Source of the DNA: Hyphomonas sp.
GTDB taxonomy: Bacteria > Pseudomonadota > Alphaproteobacteria > Caulobacterales > Hyphomonadaceae
Assembly: GCF_046313735.1 (NCBI RefSeq)
Contig: NZ_JBKBXW010000011.1
Location: 6,292-70,291, forward strand
DNA: 64,000 bases
Reading direction: 5' to 3'
Part shown: positions 29,548-40,065 of the stretch, in pieces
How the letters are laid out: each line of letters starts with the position of its first letter
Position numbering within the stretch: position 1 is the stretch's first letter
Made by a program: the position numbers and the translations under genes
Notes under the pieces: generated by a model
Database searches by the model: none
Told to the model about the DNA's origin: nothing
The model's input: the letters and a program-made list of their open reading frames with translations, nothing else

Positions 29548-30225
29548 TCAGTCGTCGAAGCCGAGGAAGGTGGCTGCTTCCTCCACGGATTTGCGCTGCG
29601 AGACGACGGCGTTTGCCGGAAAATCCGGGTCCGGCCAGCCCATGGCGACACAGGTCTGGATGACCTGGTCGTCCGGGATTCGTGCATGTTCGCGCACGAC
29701 CGGGCTCTGCATGATGCCTTGCGAGTTGATGACGCAGCCAAGCCCCTTGTTCCAGGCCGTGTTGACGAGGCAGTTGACGACCCCGCCGCAATCGAAGGGC
29801 GCGATGTCGCTGCCATGGATCGATCGGTCATAGGTTACGACGATGGAGACCGGCGCATCGAACTGGCGGAAGCCGCGCAGCACCCAGTCCATTCGCTTTT
29901 CCTTGTTGTCGCGCTCGATGCCCATGGCGGCGAAAAGCTGTTTGGCAATGCCGATCTGGCGTTCGCGGTGGACGCCTTCATAGCCCGGGCCCATGCGGAA
30001 TTCGCGGCTGTCGGGCACGCCGGCAAGGTTGCGTTCGACATTGCCGGCGCGGATACGGTCGAGCACTTCGCCGGAGACCACGTAGAAATTCCAGGGTTGG
30101 GTGTTCAGTGAGGTTGGGGCGCGCATGGCGATCTCAAGGATTTCCACAATCAGCGCCTTGGGCACGGGTTTCTTGAGGAAGCCCCGAATGCTGCGGCGCG
30201 TGCGCACGACCTCGTCGAATTCCAT
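29548..30225 (-). CDS. Nitroreductase family protein
   Basis: RRSIRGF, APTSLNTQPW, FDAPV. Confidence 0.9.
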   Translation of the reverse strand: MEFDEVVRTRRSIRGFLKKPVPKALIVEILEIAMRAPTSLNTQPWNFYVVSGEVLDRIRAGNVERNLAGVPDSREFRMGPGYEGVHRERQIGIAKQLFAAMGIERDNKEKRMDWVLRGFRQFDAPVSIVVTYDRSIHGSDIAPFDCGGVVNCLVNTAWNKGLGCVINSQGIMQSPVVREHARIPDDQVIQTCVAMGWPDPDFPANAVVSQRKSVEEAATFLGFDD

Positions 30226-30369
30226 CGCGATATACCCCTTGAGCGGCTTGTCTGGTGTCTTCTACCGCGCCCCGGGCCAGAGGCATCCCCTGCCGCAGGG
30301 AAAGGCCCCGCCAAAACAAAAGCCCGCACCCATGGGATGCGGGCTCCTGAGTTTACCGGGCCTGGCCGC

Positions 30370-31152
30370 TTAGCGCGGGGCCATGCGGATGGCGCCGTCG
30401 AGGCGGACATCTTCGCCGTTGAAGTAATTGTTCCGGCACATTTCGGTGGCGAGCGACGCATACTCGTCCGGATTGCCGAGGCGCGGGGGGAACGGCACCT
30501 GCGCGCCGAGGGCCTGCTTCACCGGCTCCGGCGCAGCGGCCAGCAGCGGGGTGTTGAAGATGCCCGGCAGGATCGTGTTCACGCGGATATTCTCGCGGCT
30601 GAGGTCGCGCGCGATGGGCAGCGTCATGCCGACCACGCCGCCTTTGGAGGCCGAATAGGCCGCCTGGCCGATCTGGCCGTCTTCTGCAGCGACCGAAGCG
30701 GTGTTGACGATCGCGCCCCGGTCGCCGCAGGGCAGGGGGTCCAGCGTCATCATGCCGGCTGCAGATTTCGCAATGCAGCGGAACGTGCCGACGAGGTTGA
30801 TCTGGATGATCAGGTTGAACTTATCCAGCGGGAAGTGGCTGACTTCGCCGGTGTTCTTGTCGCGGCTGGCGGTCTTGATGGCGTTGCCGGTGCCGGCGCA
30901 GTTGATGAGGATGCGCTCCTGGCCGATGGCGGCGCGGGATTTTGCGAAGGCAGCGTCCACCGAGGCTTCATCCGTGACGTTGCACTGGCAGAACACGCCG
31001 CCGAGTTCCTTGGCGAGGGCCTCGCCCTTCTCCTCGTTCAGGTCGAACAGGGCGACCTTGACGCCGTAGCTGGCGAGTTTGCGGGCGGTTGCTGCGCCGA
31101 GGCCGGAGGCGCCGCCAGTGATGACAGCCGAGATGTTTGAATTCAGTTCCAT
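30370..31152 (-). CDS. SDR oxidoreductase (3-hydroxyacyl-CoA dehydrogenase type II-like)
   Basis: TGGASGLG, NCAG, YSASK, RLDGAIRM. Confidence 0.92.
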   Translation of the reverse strand: MELNSNISAVITGGASGLGAATARKLASYGVKVALFDLNEEKGEALAKELGGVFCQCNVTDEASVDAAFAKSRAAIGQERILINCAGTGNAIKTASRDKNTGEVSHFPLDKFNLIIQINLVGTFRCIAKSAAGMMTLDPLPCGDRGAIVNTASVAAEDGQIGQAAYSASKGGVVGMTLPIARDLSRENIRVNTILPGIFNTPLLAAAPEPVKQALGAQVPFPPRLGNPDEYASLATEMCRNNYFNGEDVRLDGAIRMAPR

Positions 31153-31218
31153 GGGGCTCTGCCCTCCCTGCTTTCCGTTGACTGGGCTTGTGGAGTATAA
31201 TGCCGTTAGGAGAACGCA

Positions 31219-31620
31219 ATGTCTGACGCAGCGGAAATAATCGAAACGGTCAAAGGGCAGGGCGAGGTGTACCTGCCAAAGGCGATTCGGCGGAATGAAC
31301 GCCGGGCGCAGGGCCTGTTGCCCAAGTTGGGAAAGCTGGCGGGGCAGCTGCCCTTTGCAGATGATCTGGCGGCGGCTTACTTCTGCGCGCGCGACCCGAT
31401 GACCCCGGCGAAGGCCAAGGCCGTGCTGTTTGCCGCGGCGGCCTATTTCGTGATGCCGGCGGATGTGATCCCGGATGTGGTGGTGGGGCTCGGCTTCACC
31501 GATGACGCGACCGTGCTGGCGACCGCGCTCAGCGTGGTGGGGATGCATGTCAAGGAACGCCACCGGGCGATGGCACGCAAGGCGCTGAACCTGCCCGAAC
31601 CGGTGCGGGACGCGGCTTGA
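31219..31620 (+). CDS. YkvA/DUF1232 family membrane protein
   Basis: AYFVMPADVIPDVVVGLGFTDD. Confidence 0.88.
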   Translation: MSDAAEIIETVKGQGEVYLPKAIRRNERRAQGLLPKLGKLAGQLPFADDLAAAYFCARDPMTPAKAKAVLFAAAAYFVMPADVIPDVVVGLGFTDDATVLATALSVVGMHVKERHRAMARKALNLPEPVRDAA

Positions 31621-32255
31621 GCCTCTGGTTGCCACTTGGCCTCGCAGGGGTGTGTGCGCTCCTGTACGGGTTTACATTGAGCCGTGCGCCGCCGAGCCCC
31701 GCAAAGCTGCTCCTGAAGGTGTCGGGCATGCTGGTGCTGACCGGCCTTGCCGCTGCTGCAGGGGCGCCCTGGCTGCTGGTCGCTGGCCTTGCGGCCTCGA
31801 CGCTGGGCGACGCTTTCCTGGCCGGGCGGCCGGAGCGTTGGCTGATTCCCGGCATGGCAGCCTTTTTCACCGCGCATGTGTTCTATGTCGTGCTGTTCTG
31901 GACGAGCGGGCAGGTGAGCGGGGATGCGCTCAACTATGCCGCCCGGGCGGTGCTGGTGCTGGCAGGGGCAGGGTATCTGGCCTGGCTGTCTCCGTCGCTG
32001 GGCGCTATGCGCTGGCCGGTCTTTGCCTATGGCGCAGTGATCCTTATGATGGGCGCTGCCGCGATCGCCCTGCCGCCCGGCTTTGGCCTCGTGCTGATTG
32101 GCGCGCTGATGTTCATTGCGTCCGATGCGATCCTGGCGAACGAGCTGTTCCGCCGCCCGGCGGGCGAGCCGGCGCGGTTCTGGCCGTCCATCACCTTGTG
32201 GAACCTATATTTTTTCGGCCAGGCGGCGATCCTTCTGGGCTTCCTCACAAAATAG
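31617..32255 (+). CDS. YhhN/lysoplasmalogenase family membrane protein
   Basis: GDAFL, FFTAHVFY, GALMFIASD; TTG start overlapping the upstream stop. Confidence 0.85.
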   Translation: MSLWLPLGLAGVCALLYGFTLSRAPPSPAKLLLKVSGMLVLTGLAAAAGAPWLLVAGLAASTLGDAFLAGRPERWLIPGMAAFFTAHVFYVVLFWTSGQVSGDALNYAARAVLVLAGAGYLAWLSPSLGAMRWPVFAYGAVILMMGAAAIALPPGFGLVLIGALMFIASDAILANELFRRPAGEPARFWPSITLWNLYFFGQAAILLGFLTK

Positions 32256-32304
32256 TTCACATCTCTCCGATTGTACCGGTACGGAATTTGTGCGAAGGAC
32301 GTGG

Positions 32305-32352
32305 CGGGCCAGGCGCCCCCAACGGCGCCCAGCCTATCTGTGAGGATAGGAG
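32305..32352 (+). ncRNA. Possible serC leader RNA motif
   Basis: Two small hairpins (GGCGCC-cccaac-GGCGCC; CCTATC-tgtgag-GATAGG, the latter overlapping the RBS) directly before serC, where this motif occurs in alphaproteobacteria. Confidence 0.45.
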
Positions 32353-32361
32353 TAAAAACAG

Positions 32362-33528
32362 ATGACCGTGACCACCGCCAAGCCGGCAGTGCGCCCTGCT
32401 TGCCCGCATTTTTCCTCGGGCCCCACCGCCAAATATCCCGGTTTCTCGCTGCAGAACCTTGCGTCCGCCGCCCTCGGCCGCTCGCACCGTTCGGGCGATG
32501 CCAAGAAGAAGCTGAAGTCGGCGATTGACCGCACCAAGCTGATCCTCGGCATACCGGAGGACTACCGCGTCGCCATCGTGCCAGCCTCCGACACCGGCGC
32601 GGTCGAGATGTGCATGTGGTCCATGCTCGGCGTCAGGCCCGTCGATGTGTTCGCCTGGGAGAGTTTCGGGCAGGACTGGGTGACGGACGCCGTCAAACAG
32701 CTGAAGCTGAAGGACTGCAACACCCATGTCGCCGATTACGGCCAGCTGCCGGATTTCGCCAAAGCGCGCGAAGACGCCGACATCATCTTCACCTGGAATG
32801 GCACGACCTCTGGTGTTCGCGTGAAGGATGTCGACTGGATCCGTCCGAACCCGGACCGTGTGGTGATCTGTGATGCCACGTCTGCCGCCTTCTCGCAGGA
32901 GATCGCCTGGGAAAAGCTCGATGTGGTGACTTACAGCTGGCAGAAATGCCTCGGCGGGGAAGCGGCCCACGGCATGCTCATCCTGTCGCCGAATGCCGTG
33001 CGCCGGCTGGAAAGCTACACGCCGGACCGGCCGCTGCCGAAACTGTTCCGCATGACCAAGGGCGGCAAGCTGGACGAGGACCTGTTTCAGGGCGCGACGA
33101 TCAACACACCGTCCATGCTGTGCGTGGAAGATTACCTTCAGGCGCTCGACTGGGTTGAGCGGCTGGGCGGCTGGCGGAAACTTAAGGCGCGCTCCGATGA
33201 GAGCCTTGAGATTCTCGCGCATTGGGAGGCGAAATCGGACTGGGTTGAGTTCCTCTGCAAAGACGCAGTTGTGCGCTCCAACACGGGGGTGACGTTCCGC
33301 ATCAAGGATGCGCGCGTTGCCGCGCTGGATGAGTCCGGCCAGCGTGATTTCATCAAGCGCATGATGAAACGTCTGGAGACGGAGAATGCCTGTTTCGATG
33401 CAGCCGGCTATGCCAAGGCGCCTCCGGGCCTGCGTATCTGGGTCGGCGGGTCGGTGGAGCCGTCGGACGTGAAAAAGCTCCTCCCCTGGCTCGACTGGGC
33501 CTTCCATGAGGAAGCCTCGAAACTCTAG
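32362..33528 (+). CDS. serC: Phosphoserine aminotransferase
   Basis: FSSGP, GRSHRS, WNGTTSG, SWQK, TINTPS, PPGLRIW. Confidence 0.95.
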   Translation: MTVTTAKPAVRPACPHFSSGPTAKYPGFSLQNLASAALGRSHRSGDAKKKLKSAIDRTKLILGIPEDYRVAIVPASDTGAVEMCMWSMLGVRPVDVFAWESFGQDWVTDAVKQLKLKDCNTHVADYGQLPDFAKAREDADIIFTWNGTTSGVRVKDVDWIRPNPDRVVICDATSAAFSQEIAWEKLDVVTYSWQKCLGGEAAHGMLILSPNAVRRLESYTPDRPLPKLFRMTKGGKLDEDLFQGATINTPSMLCVEDYLQALDWVERLGGWRKLKARSDESLEILAHWEAKSDWVEFLCKDAVVRSNTGVTFRIKDARVAALDESGQRDFIKRMMKRLETENACFDAAGYAKAPPGLRIWVGGSVEPSDVKKLLPWLDWAFHEEASKL

Positions 33529-33577
33529 AGACATGTCATCCCGGCCGGCCGCACCTGCGGCATGACACGGAAGACCC

Positions 33578-34099
33578 ATGATCCGTCTACGCACCGCCAC
33601 CCTCGAAGACCTGCCGGTGATCCTTCACTGGGATGAGCAGCCGCATGTGCAGGATGCCGGCGGCGATCCGGACTGGAATGACTGGAACTGGGAGGGCGAG
33701 CTGGGCCGGAATGTTCCGTGGCGGGAGTTCCTGATCGCGGAGCTTGGCGGACGGGCCATTGGCGTTGTCCAGCTGATCGACTGCCGCGAAGAGAAAAGCC
33801 ATTACTGGGGCAGCGATTGCCCGGAACATTCCTGGGCCATCGATATCTGGATTGGCGAAGAAGATGAGCTGGGGAAGGGGCACGGCACCGCCATGATGCG
33901 CCTTGCCATAGATCGCTGTTTCGCCCGTCCGCTCTGCAACGACATCCTGATCGATCCGATGGCGGATAATATCTGCGCGCATCGTTTCTATGAAAGCCTT
34001 GGATTCAAACTTCAGGGGCCGCGCCGGTTCGGCCCTGATGACTGCCGTGTCTATCACCTGACGCGCGCCGACTGGCGCCATGGAGCACATAATGCCTAA
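33578..34099 (+). CDS. GNAT acetyltransferase (AAC(6')-like fold)
   Basis: IDIWIGE...GKGHGT, ILIDP..DN..A.RFYE.LGF. Confidence 0.85.
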   Translation: MIRLRTATLEDLPVILHWDEQPHVQDAGGDPDWNDWNWEGELGRNVPWREFLIAELGGRAIGVVQLIDCREEKSHYWGSDCPEHSWAIDIWIGEEDELGKGHGTAMMRLAIDRCFARPLCNDILIDPMADNICAHRFYESLGFKLQGPRRFGPDDCRVYHLTRADWRHGAHNA

Positions 34100-35687
34100 A
34101 GTCCTTATCGGAGACTCGCTCTCCCCTGCCGCCGTTGGAATTTTCAAAGCCCGCGGCATCGACACCGTGATCAAGACGGGCCTCTCAAAAGAGGAACTGA
34201 TCAAGATCATTCCGGAGTATGACGGCTTGGCCGTACGCTCGGCCTGCAAGCCCGACGCAGATGTAATCGCTGCGGCAACGAACCTCAAGGTCATCGGCCG
34301 GGCCGGGATCGGTGTCGACAATATCGACATCAAGGCGGCCACCGCAAAGGGCGTGGTTGTCATGAACACACCTTTTGGAAACGCGATCACCACGGCGGAG
34401 CACGCAATCGCCATGATGTTTGCCGCTGCCCGTCAGATTCCGGCCGCCAACACCGATACGCAGGCCGGGAAGTGGCCGAAATCCGGCTATATGGGCATCG
34501 AGCTGTCTTTCAAGACGCTTGGCCTGATCGGCGCGGGCAATATCGGCAGCCGCGTGGCGGAACGCGCGATGGGCCTGAAGATGAAAGTCGTCGCCTATGA
34601 CCCCTTCCTGACGGAAGAACGCGCGCTGGAGCTCGGGGTCGAGAAAGTTGACCTGGATACATTGCTCGCGCGGGCTGATGTCATCACCCTGCATGTTCCG
34701 CTGACGGACCAGACACGGAATATCCTCTCGCGCGAGAATCTCGAGAAGACCAAGAAGGGATTGATCCTGGTCAACTGTGCGCGCGGCGGTCTGGTCGATG
34801 AAGCGGCTGTCGCGGAGATGCTGGAGTCCGGCCATCTTGCTGGCGCCGCGTTCGATGTGTTCGCGGTCGAGCCGGCGAAAGAAAACGTCCTTTTCGGAAA
34901 GAAGAACTTCGTCGCAACGCCCCATCTTGGCGCCTCGACCAATGAAGCGCAGGAGAATGTCGCCCTGCAGGTCGCCGAGCAGATGTCGGACTACCTGCTG
35001 ACGGGCGCGGTCACCAACGCGCTCAACATGGCATCCGTGACGGCCGAAGAGGCCCCGCGAATCCGTCCGTTCACGGTGCTTGCTGAAAAGATCGGGTCGT
35101 TCGCAGGCCAGATCTCCGACTTTGGTTATGAAGAGGTCGTCATCGAATATGAGGGTGAGGTCGCGGAGCTAAACCGCAAGCCCATCACAGCGGCGCTGCT
35201 GGCCGGGCTGCTGCGCGCCTCGCGCGGCGATGTGAACATGGTATCGGCGCCCGCGATCCTGCAGGAAAGCGGCGTGAAGCTGACCGAGACGAAGACGGAA
35301 TCGAGCCCGGTCTACGATAGCCTGATCCGCATCAAGGTGAAGACCAAGGCCACGAAGAACTCGCCCGAAGGCGGCTGGCGCACGCTTGCCGGTGCGCTGA
35401 TCGCGGGCAAGCCGCGCATCGTCGAGGTGAAGGGCATGGCGCTCGAAGGCGATTTCTCGCCGGTGACGCTCTACATCAACAATCTCGACAAGCCGGGCTT
35501 CATCGGCGCGCTGGGACAGATGCTGGGCGAGGCGCAGGTCAATATTGCGACCTTCCATCTCGGCCGGCAGGCCTCTGGCGGCGAGGCGATTGCGCTTGTG
35601 GGCATCGACACCATGCCACCGGCTTCGGTCATCGAGAAACTCGATGCCCTGCCGCAGGTGCGCTATGCGAAGGTGTTGACCTTCTGA
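34092..35687 (+). CDS. serA: D-3-phosphoglycerate dehydrogenase
   Basis: GRAGIGVDN, GAGNIG, NCARGG, TPHLGAST, C-terminal ACT domain. Confidence 0.96.
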   Translation: MPKVLIGDSLSPAAVGIFKARGIDTVIKTGLSKEELIKIIPEYDGLAVRSACKPDADVIAAATNLKVIGRAGIGVDNIDIKAATAKGVVVMNTPFGNAITTAEHAIAMMFAAARQIPAANTDTQAGKWPKSGYMGIELSFKTLGLIGAGNIGSRVAERAMGLKMKVVAYDPFLTEERALELGVEKVDLDTLLARADVITLHVPLTDQTRNILSRENLEKTKKGLILVNCARGGLVDEAAVAEMLESGHLAGAAFDVFAVEPAKENVLFGKKNFVATPHLGASTNEAQENVALQVAEQMSDYLLTGAVTNALNMASVTAEEAPRIRPFTVLAEKIGSFAGQISDFGYEEVVIEYEGEVAELNRKPITAALLAGLLRASRGDVNMVSAPAILQESGVKLTETKTESSPVYDSLIRIKVKTKATKNSPEGGWRTLAGALIAGKPRIVEVKGMALEGDFSPVTLYINNLDKPGFIGALGQMLGEAQVNIATFHLGRQASGGEAIALVGIDTMPPASVIEKLDALPQVRYAKVLTF

Positions 35688-35762
35688 CCTGCGCAGCCCG
35701 GCGTCTTGCGTTTCTGCGCCAGATGGGGCTGAGGTCGCGCGGCGAAGTTTTGGAGGTGAGGT

Positions 35763-37055
35763 ATGGCCGGAGTTGTCGTCGTCGGCGCTCAATGGGGTGA
35801 TGAAGGCAAGGGCAAGATCGTCGACTGGCTGTCGGCGCGGGCCGATGTCGTTGTGCGCTTCCAGGGCGGGCACAATGCCGGCCACACGCTGGTCATCGAC
35901 GGCAAGGTGTTCAAGCTGGCGCTGCTCCCGTCCGGTCTCGTGCGCGGCGGGAAACTCTCCGTGATCGGCAACGGGGTAGTCGTCGATCCCTGGCACCTGC
36001 TGACAGAAATCGAAGGCATCCGGGCGCAGGGCGTCGAAGTCACGCCTGAAAGCCTCGTGCTTGCCGACAATGCCTCGCTCATCCTGCCCTGGCACAAGGA
36101 TATCGATGCGGCGCGGGAAGGGGCCCTCGGCGCTGCCCAGATCGGCACGACCAAGCGCGGCATCGGCCCAGCCTATGAGGACCGGGTCGGCCGCCGCGCC
36201 ATCCGCGTGGCAGACCTTGCAGACCCCGCTGCCCTTGACCTGAAGATCGAGCGGTTGCTGGCTCATCACCGGCCGCTGCGGGCGGGCCTCGACCTGCCGG
36301 AACCAGACGGGGCGGCGCTCAAGGCCGAGCTCCTGAAGATCGCCCCGCAAGTGCTCGCCTATGCCCAGCCCGTCTGGAAACTGCTGGACGAGAAAGTACG
36401 CCGGGGCAGCCGGATCCTGTTCGAGGGCGCGCAGGGCGTGATGCTGGATGTCGACCATGGCACCTACCCGTTCGTGACGTCCTCGAACGTGGTCGCAGGC
36501 GCGGCGTCGGCCGGCTCCGGCGTCGGGCCGGGGGCGGTGTCGTATGTGCTTGGTCTCGCCAAGGCTTACACCACGCGCGTCGGTGCGGGTCCGTTCCCGA
36601 CCGAGCAGGACAATGAAATCGGCCAGCGCCTCGGCACAGTGGGTCATGAATTCGGCACGAATACGGGCCGCCCGCGGCGTTGCGGCTGGTTTGATGCAGT
36701 CATGGTCCGGCAGGCCTGCGCGACGTCCGGCGTCAACGGGCTGGCACTGACCAAGCTCGACGTGCTCGACGGCTTCGACGAGATCAAGGTCTGTGTCGCT
36801 TACCGGCTGAACGGGAAGACCATCGACCACTATCCCGCCGGCCTGACCGATCAGGCGGCGGTCGAGCCCGTCTATGAGACCCTGAAAGGCTGGAGCGGCT
36901 CGACGCGCGGGGCGCGCAGCTGGGCCGAGCTGCCGGCCGAGGCGGTGGTCTATGTCCGCCGCCTCGAGGAGCTCGTCGGCAAGCCCTGCGCGCTGGTTTC
37001 CACCTCGCCGGAACGCGAGGACGTGATCCTCATGCGCGACCCTTTCGAGGGGTAG
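35763..37055 (+). CDS. purA: Adenylosuccinate synthetase
   Basis: [33 protein letters not shown]. Confidence 0.97.
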   Translation: MAGVVVVGAQWGDEGKGKIVDWLSARADVVVRFQGGHNAGHTLVIDGKVFKLALLPSGLVRGGKLSVIGNGVVVDPWHLLTEIEGIRAQGVEVTPESLVLADNASLILPWHKDIDAAREGALGAAQIGTTKRGIGPAYEDRVGRRAIRVADLADPAALDLKIERLLAHHRPLRAGLDLPEPDGAALKAELLKIAPQVLAYAQPVWKLLDEKVRRGSRILFEGAQGVMLDVDHGTYPFVTSSNVVAGAASAGSGVGPGAVSYVLGLAKAYTTRVGAGPFPTEQDNEIGQRLGTVGHEFGTNTGRPRRCGWFDAVMVRQACATSGVNGLALTKLDVLDGFDEIKVCVAYRLNGKTIDHYPAGLTDQAAVEPVYETLKGWSGSTRGARSWAELPAEAVVYVRRLEELVGKPCALVSTSPEREDVILMRDPFEG

Positions 37056-37061
37056 GGCGCG

Positions 37062-37424
37062 TCAGCGATACGCCGCGATAGACCGGGCAACCTTGCCATC
37101 GGGCCCGAAGATGAAGGTCTCTGCCACAAGCTCTTCGCGGTGGTTCGTGTAGAGAATGGTCAGGGCGTCCGACCCCACAAGGATCTCATCCAGCTCGAAG
37201 AAGAGTTGCGGGGCAAGGGCGAGCGCCTTCGTCCAATAGTCTCGCAGCGCCTTCTTGCCGAATACGCTGGTGGCCTCATTGCCCATCACCTTCGCGATGC
37301 GCGGGGAATGGAAGATGATCTCCTCGCCATAATGGGAAAGGATGCGCTCTATGTCCCGGTCGTTCCAGGCGGCGAGCCAGTCGCGCGCGAAGCCTTCCGC
37401 AAACGGACGGGCGAGGCCTGCCAT
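37062..37424 (-). CDS. SnoaL/NTF2-like protein
   Basis: WLAAWNDRDIERILSHY...FHSP...GKKALRDYW. Confidence 0.85.
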   Translation of the reverse strand: MAGLARPFAEGFARDWLAAWNDRDIERILSHYGEEIIFHSPRIAKVMGNEATSVFGKKALRDYWTKALALAPQLFFELDEILVGSDALTILYTNHREELVAETFIFGPDGKVARSIAAYR

Positions 37425-38704
37425 CAGCCCTGGCCGTTGACCGCCAGCACGTCCTCGACCGTCCGCAGGCCTGGCTTGGGCGCAGTGACAAGCACGGCCA
37501 TGTTCCCGGGCAGGTGCTTGTTGTCGAGCATCTTTTCGTGCGCCAGCGGAATATCCGCCCACGGAAAGACTTCCGACATGCCGGGGTCGATGCGCCGGTT
37601 GATGACCAGCTGGTTCGCTTCGGAGGCCTGTTTCAGGTTGGCAAAGTGCGAGCCCTGAACGCGCTTCTGGCGCTGCCACAGGAAGCGGGCATCCATGGTA
37701 AGATTGAAGCCGGTCGTCCCGGCACAGATGACCACCATGCCGCCGCGCTTGACGACAAAAACCGAAACCGGAAAGGTCAACTCGCCCGGATGCTCGAACA
37801 CCATGTCGACATCCTTCTTGCCTGTGATGTCCCAGATGGCTTTGCCGAACTTGCGGGTCTCTTTCATATAGTCCTGAAACTTCGGACTATTGATCTTCGG
37901 CAGCTGGCCCCAGCAATTGAAGTCGTTCCGGTTGATCACGCCCTTCGCGCCGAGGCTCAGCACGAAATCGCGCTTTTCGTCGGAGGAGACAATGCCGATG
38001 GCGTTGGCGCCGGTTACCGCGCAGAGCTGCACCGCGAACGAGCCGATGCCGCCACTGGCGCCCCAGACGAGCACATTATCTGCGGGCTTGAGCACGTGCG
38101 GACGGTGGCCGAACAGCATCCGATAGGCGGTTGCGAGCGTGAGCGTGTAGCAGGCGCTTTCTTCCCAGGTCAGGTGTTTCGGGCGCGGCATGCACTGGCG
38201 CGCCTGCACGCGCGTGAACTGGCCGAACGCGCCATCCGGCGTTTCATAGCCCCAGATGCGCTGGCTGGGCGAGAACATCGGATCGCCGCCATTGCACTCC
38301 TCATCATCGCCCTCATCCTGGTTGCAATGGATGACGACCTCGTCACCCGGCTTGACCCGGGTGACCTTCTTGCCGACCGCCCAGACGATGCCGGCGGCAT
38401 CGGAACCGGTGATGATGTAATCCTGTTTCAGTCCACGGATATTGTCGAAAGGCGAGACAGGCTCGCCGAGCGCTGCCCAGACGCCGTTGTAATTGACACC
38501 GGCGGCCATGACGAGGACGAGCACTTCATCCGAATCGATTTCGGGCACCGGCACCTGCTCGATCTGCATGGCTTTCAGGGGCCGGCCGTGGCGCTCGCGC
38601 CGCACGGTCCAGGCGTGCATCATGTTGGGAACATGGAATTCCGGCGGAATTTCGCCGAGTTCGTAGATGTCTTTTTTAACCCGTCCCGACGTTTCCTGAG
38701 CCAT
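37424..38704 (-). CDS. ccrA: Crotonyl-CoA carboxylase/reductase
   Basis: KKDIYELGEIPP, AAGVNYNGVW, IWGYETPDG, FEHPG, QKRVQGSHFA. Confidence 0.95.
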   Translation of the reverse strand: MAQETSGRVKKDIYELGEIPPEFHVPNMMHAWTVRRERHGRPLKAMQIEQVPVPEIDSDEVLVLVMAAGVNYNGVWAALGEPVSPFDNIRGLKQDYIITGSDAAGIVWAVGKKVTRVKPGDEVVIHCNQDEGDDEECNGGDPMFSPSQRIWGYETPDGAFGQFTRVQARQCMPRPKHLTWEESACYTLTLATAYRMLFGHRPHVLKPADNVLVWGASGGIGSFAVQLCAVTGANAIGIVSSDEKRDFVLSLGAKGVINRNDFNCWGQLPKINSPKFQDYMKETRKFGKAIWDITGKKDVDMVFEHPGELTFPVSVFVVKRGGMVVICAGTTGFNLTMDARFLWQRQKRVQGSHFANLKQASEANQLVINRRIDPGMSEVFPWADIPLAHEKMLDNKHLPGNMAVLVTAPKPGLRTVEDVLAVNGQG

Positions 38705-38862
38705 GGACTTTCCTCCGTTATCGTTCCGGTGCAAGTGGTCCGCTCTTTTTGGCGTCTTCACAGCCCCTGCTGGCGGGCGCACACTGGCGCGGGATTGGAG
38801 ACGAGGCAAGGATAATGTTGCGCTGCACAATAGAGTTTTCCGGGCTGTGAGGCTTTTTCGAC

Positions 38863-39753
38863 ATGCCGGTCTGTTCACTCGTCCACCTGAATGGCGCGAT
38901 CCTTCCGCTGGATGGCGCACACATCTCCCCTCTGGATCGGGGCTTCCTGTTTGCGCACGCGGCATATGAGGTGACGGCGGTTTACGGCGGCCGTTTTGTG
39001 GATCTGGAAGGCCATATTGCTCGTCTCTCGCGCACGCTCGATGGCATCGGCATCCCCGATCCGCACGACGCAGATGGCTGGACGGCGCTGCACGAAGCGC
39101 TGATCGCGCGCAACGCCCTGCAGGAGGGCCTGATCTATCTGCAGGTCACCGGCGGGGCCTATGATGCGCGGGACTTTGCCGGGCCGGACATCCTGGCCCC
39201 CACCGTCTTCGCCTACGCCGATGCCCGCCCGCTGATCGGCGCGGCGGCGCGGGACGGGATCCGGGCCGTGTTCCTTGCGGACAGCCGCTGGAAACGCCGG
39301 GACATGAAGACGACCCAGCTCCTCTCCCAGGCGCTCGCCTACCGGGCCGCCAAGGAGCAGGGGGCCGAGACCGCCTTCATGGTCGAGGACGGTTTAGTGA
39401 CCGAGGCAGCTTCGGCGAATGCCTGGATTGTGACGGCGTCCGGGGAGATCATCACGCGAGGGCTGTCTTCCGCCATCCTGCCGGGCATCACGCGGGCAGG
39501 GGTTTTCCGCCTCGCAGAGATGCGCGGATTCACCATCACGGAGCGCGCATTCACGCCGGAGGAAGCGCTGAATGCCGCCGAAGTTTTCACAAGCTCGGCC
39601 GGGGCAATGATCGCGCCGGTGATCGAGCTGGACGGGCGCAGGATCGGGGACGGGCGCCCGGGTCCGGTCACAAGGCAGGTTCAGCGGTTTTACTATGAAG
39701 CGATGGGCGCCGATCTGCGCGCCGCAGCGCCCTTCGTTTATGACCGGGACTGA
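38863..39753 (+). CDS. D-amino-acid aminotransferase (class IV PLP)
   Basis: ISPLDRGFLF, RRDMKT, TEAASAN, ILPGITR. Confidence 0.88.
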   Translation: MPVCSLVHLNGAILPLDGAHISPLDRGFLFAHAAYEVTAVYGGRFVDLEGHIARLSRTLDGIGIPDPHDADGWTALHEALIARNALQEGLIYLQVTGGAYDARDFAGPDILAPTVFAYADARPLIGAAARDGIRAVFLADSRWKRRDMKTTQLLSQALAYRAAKEQGAETAFMVEDGLVTEAASANAWIVTASGEIITRGLSSAILPGITRAGVFRLAEMRGFTITERAFTPEEALNAAEVFTSSAGAMIAPVIELDGRRIGDGRPGPVTRQVQRFYYEAMGADLRAAAPFVYDRD

Positions 39754-40001
39754 AGCACGGCGCGGGTTTTCAGCGTCAGGATCGTCAGGGCAAGGCCCAG
39801 CGTGATGCTGTTCGACAGGATCACCGGCAGCGAGCCGATGAGGATGCCATAGACCAGCCAGACCGCGATGCCGGTTGTGAACAGGGCATACATCACAAGC
39901 GATATGCCTTCGGTGCGGCCCGTGCGCACGATGTGCAGGGCCTGCGGCACGAACGACAGGGTTGTCAGGAATGCGGCTATAAGGCCGATGAGGTCGGTCA
40001 T
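39738..40001 (-). CDS. SemiSWEET/PQ-loop transporter
   Basis: LTTLSFVPQ...ISLVMY...WLVYG...PVILSN. Confidence 0.9.
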   Translation of the reverse strand: MTDLIGLIAAFLTTLSFVPQALHIVRTGRTEGISLVMYALFTTGIAVWLVYGILIGSLPVILSNSITLGLALTILTLKTRAVLQSRS

Positions 40002-40065
40002 GGGAGCGAAGGTCCGGGCTGGCTGCGCGCCGAGGCTTAGCGGGGTTCCGCGAGGGGCTCCAGCG

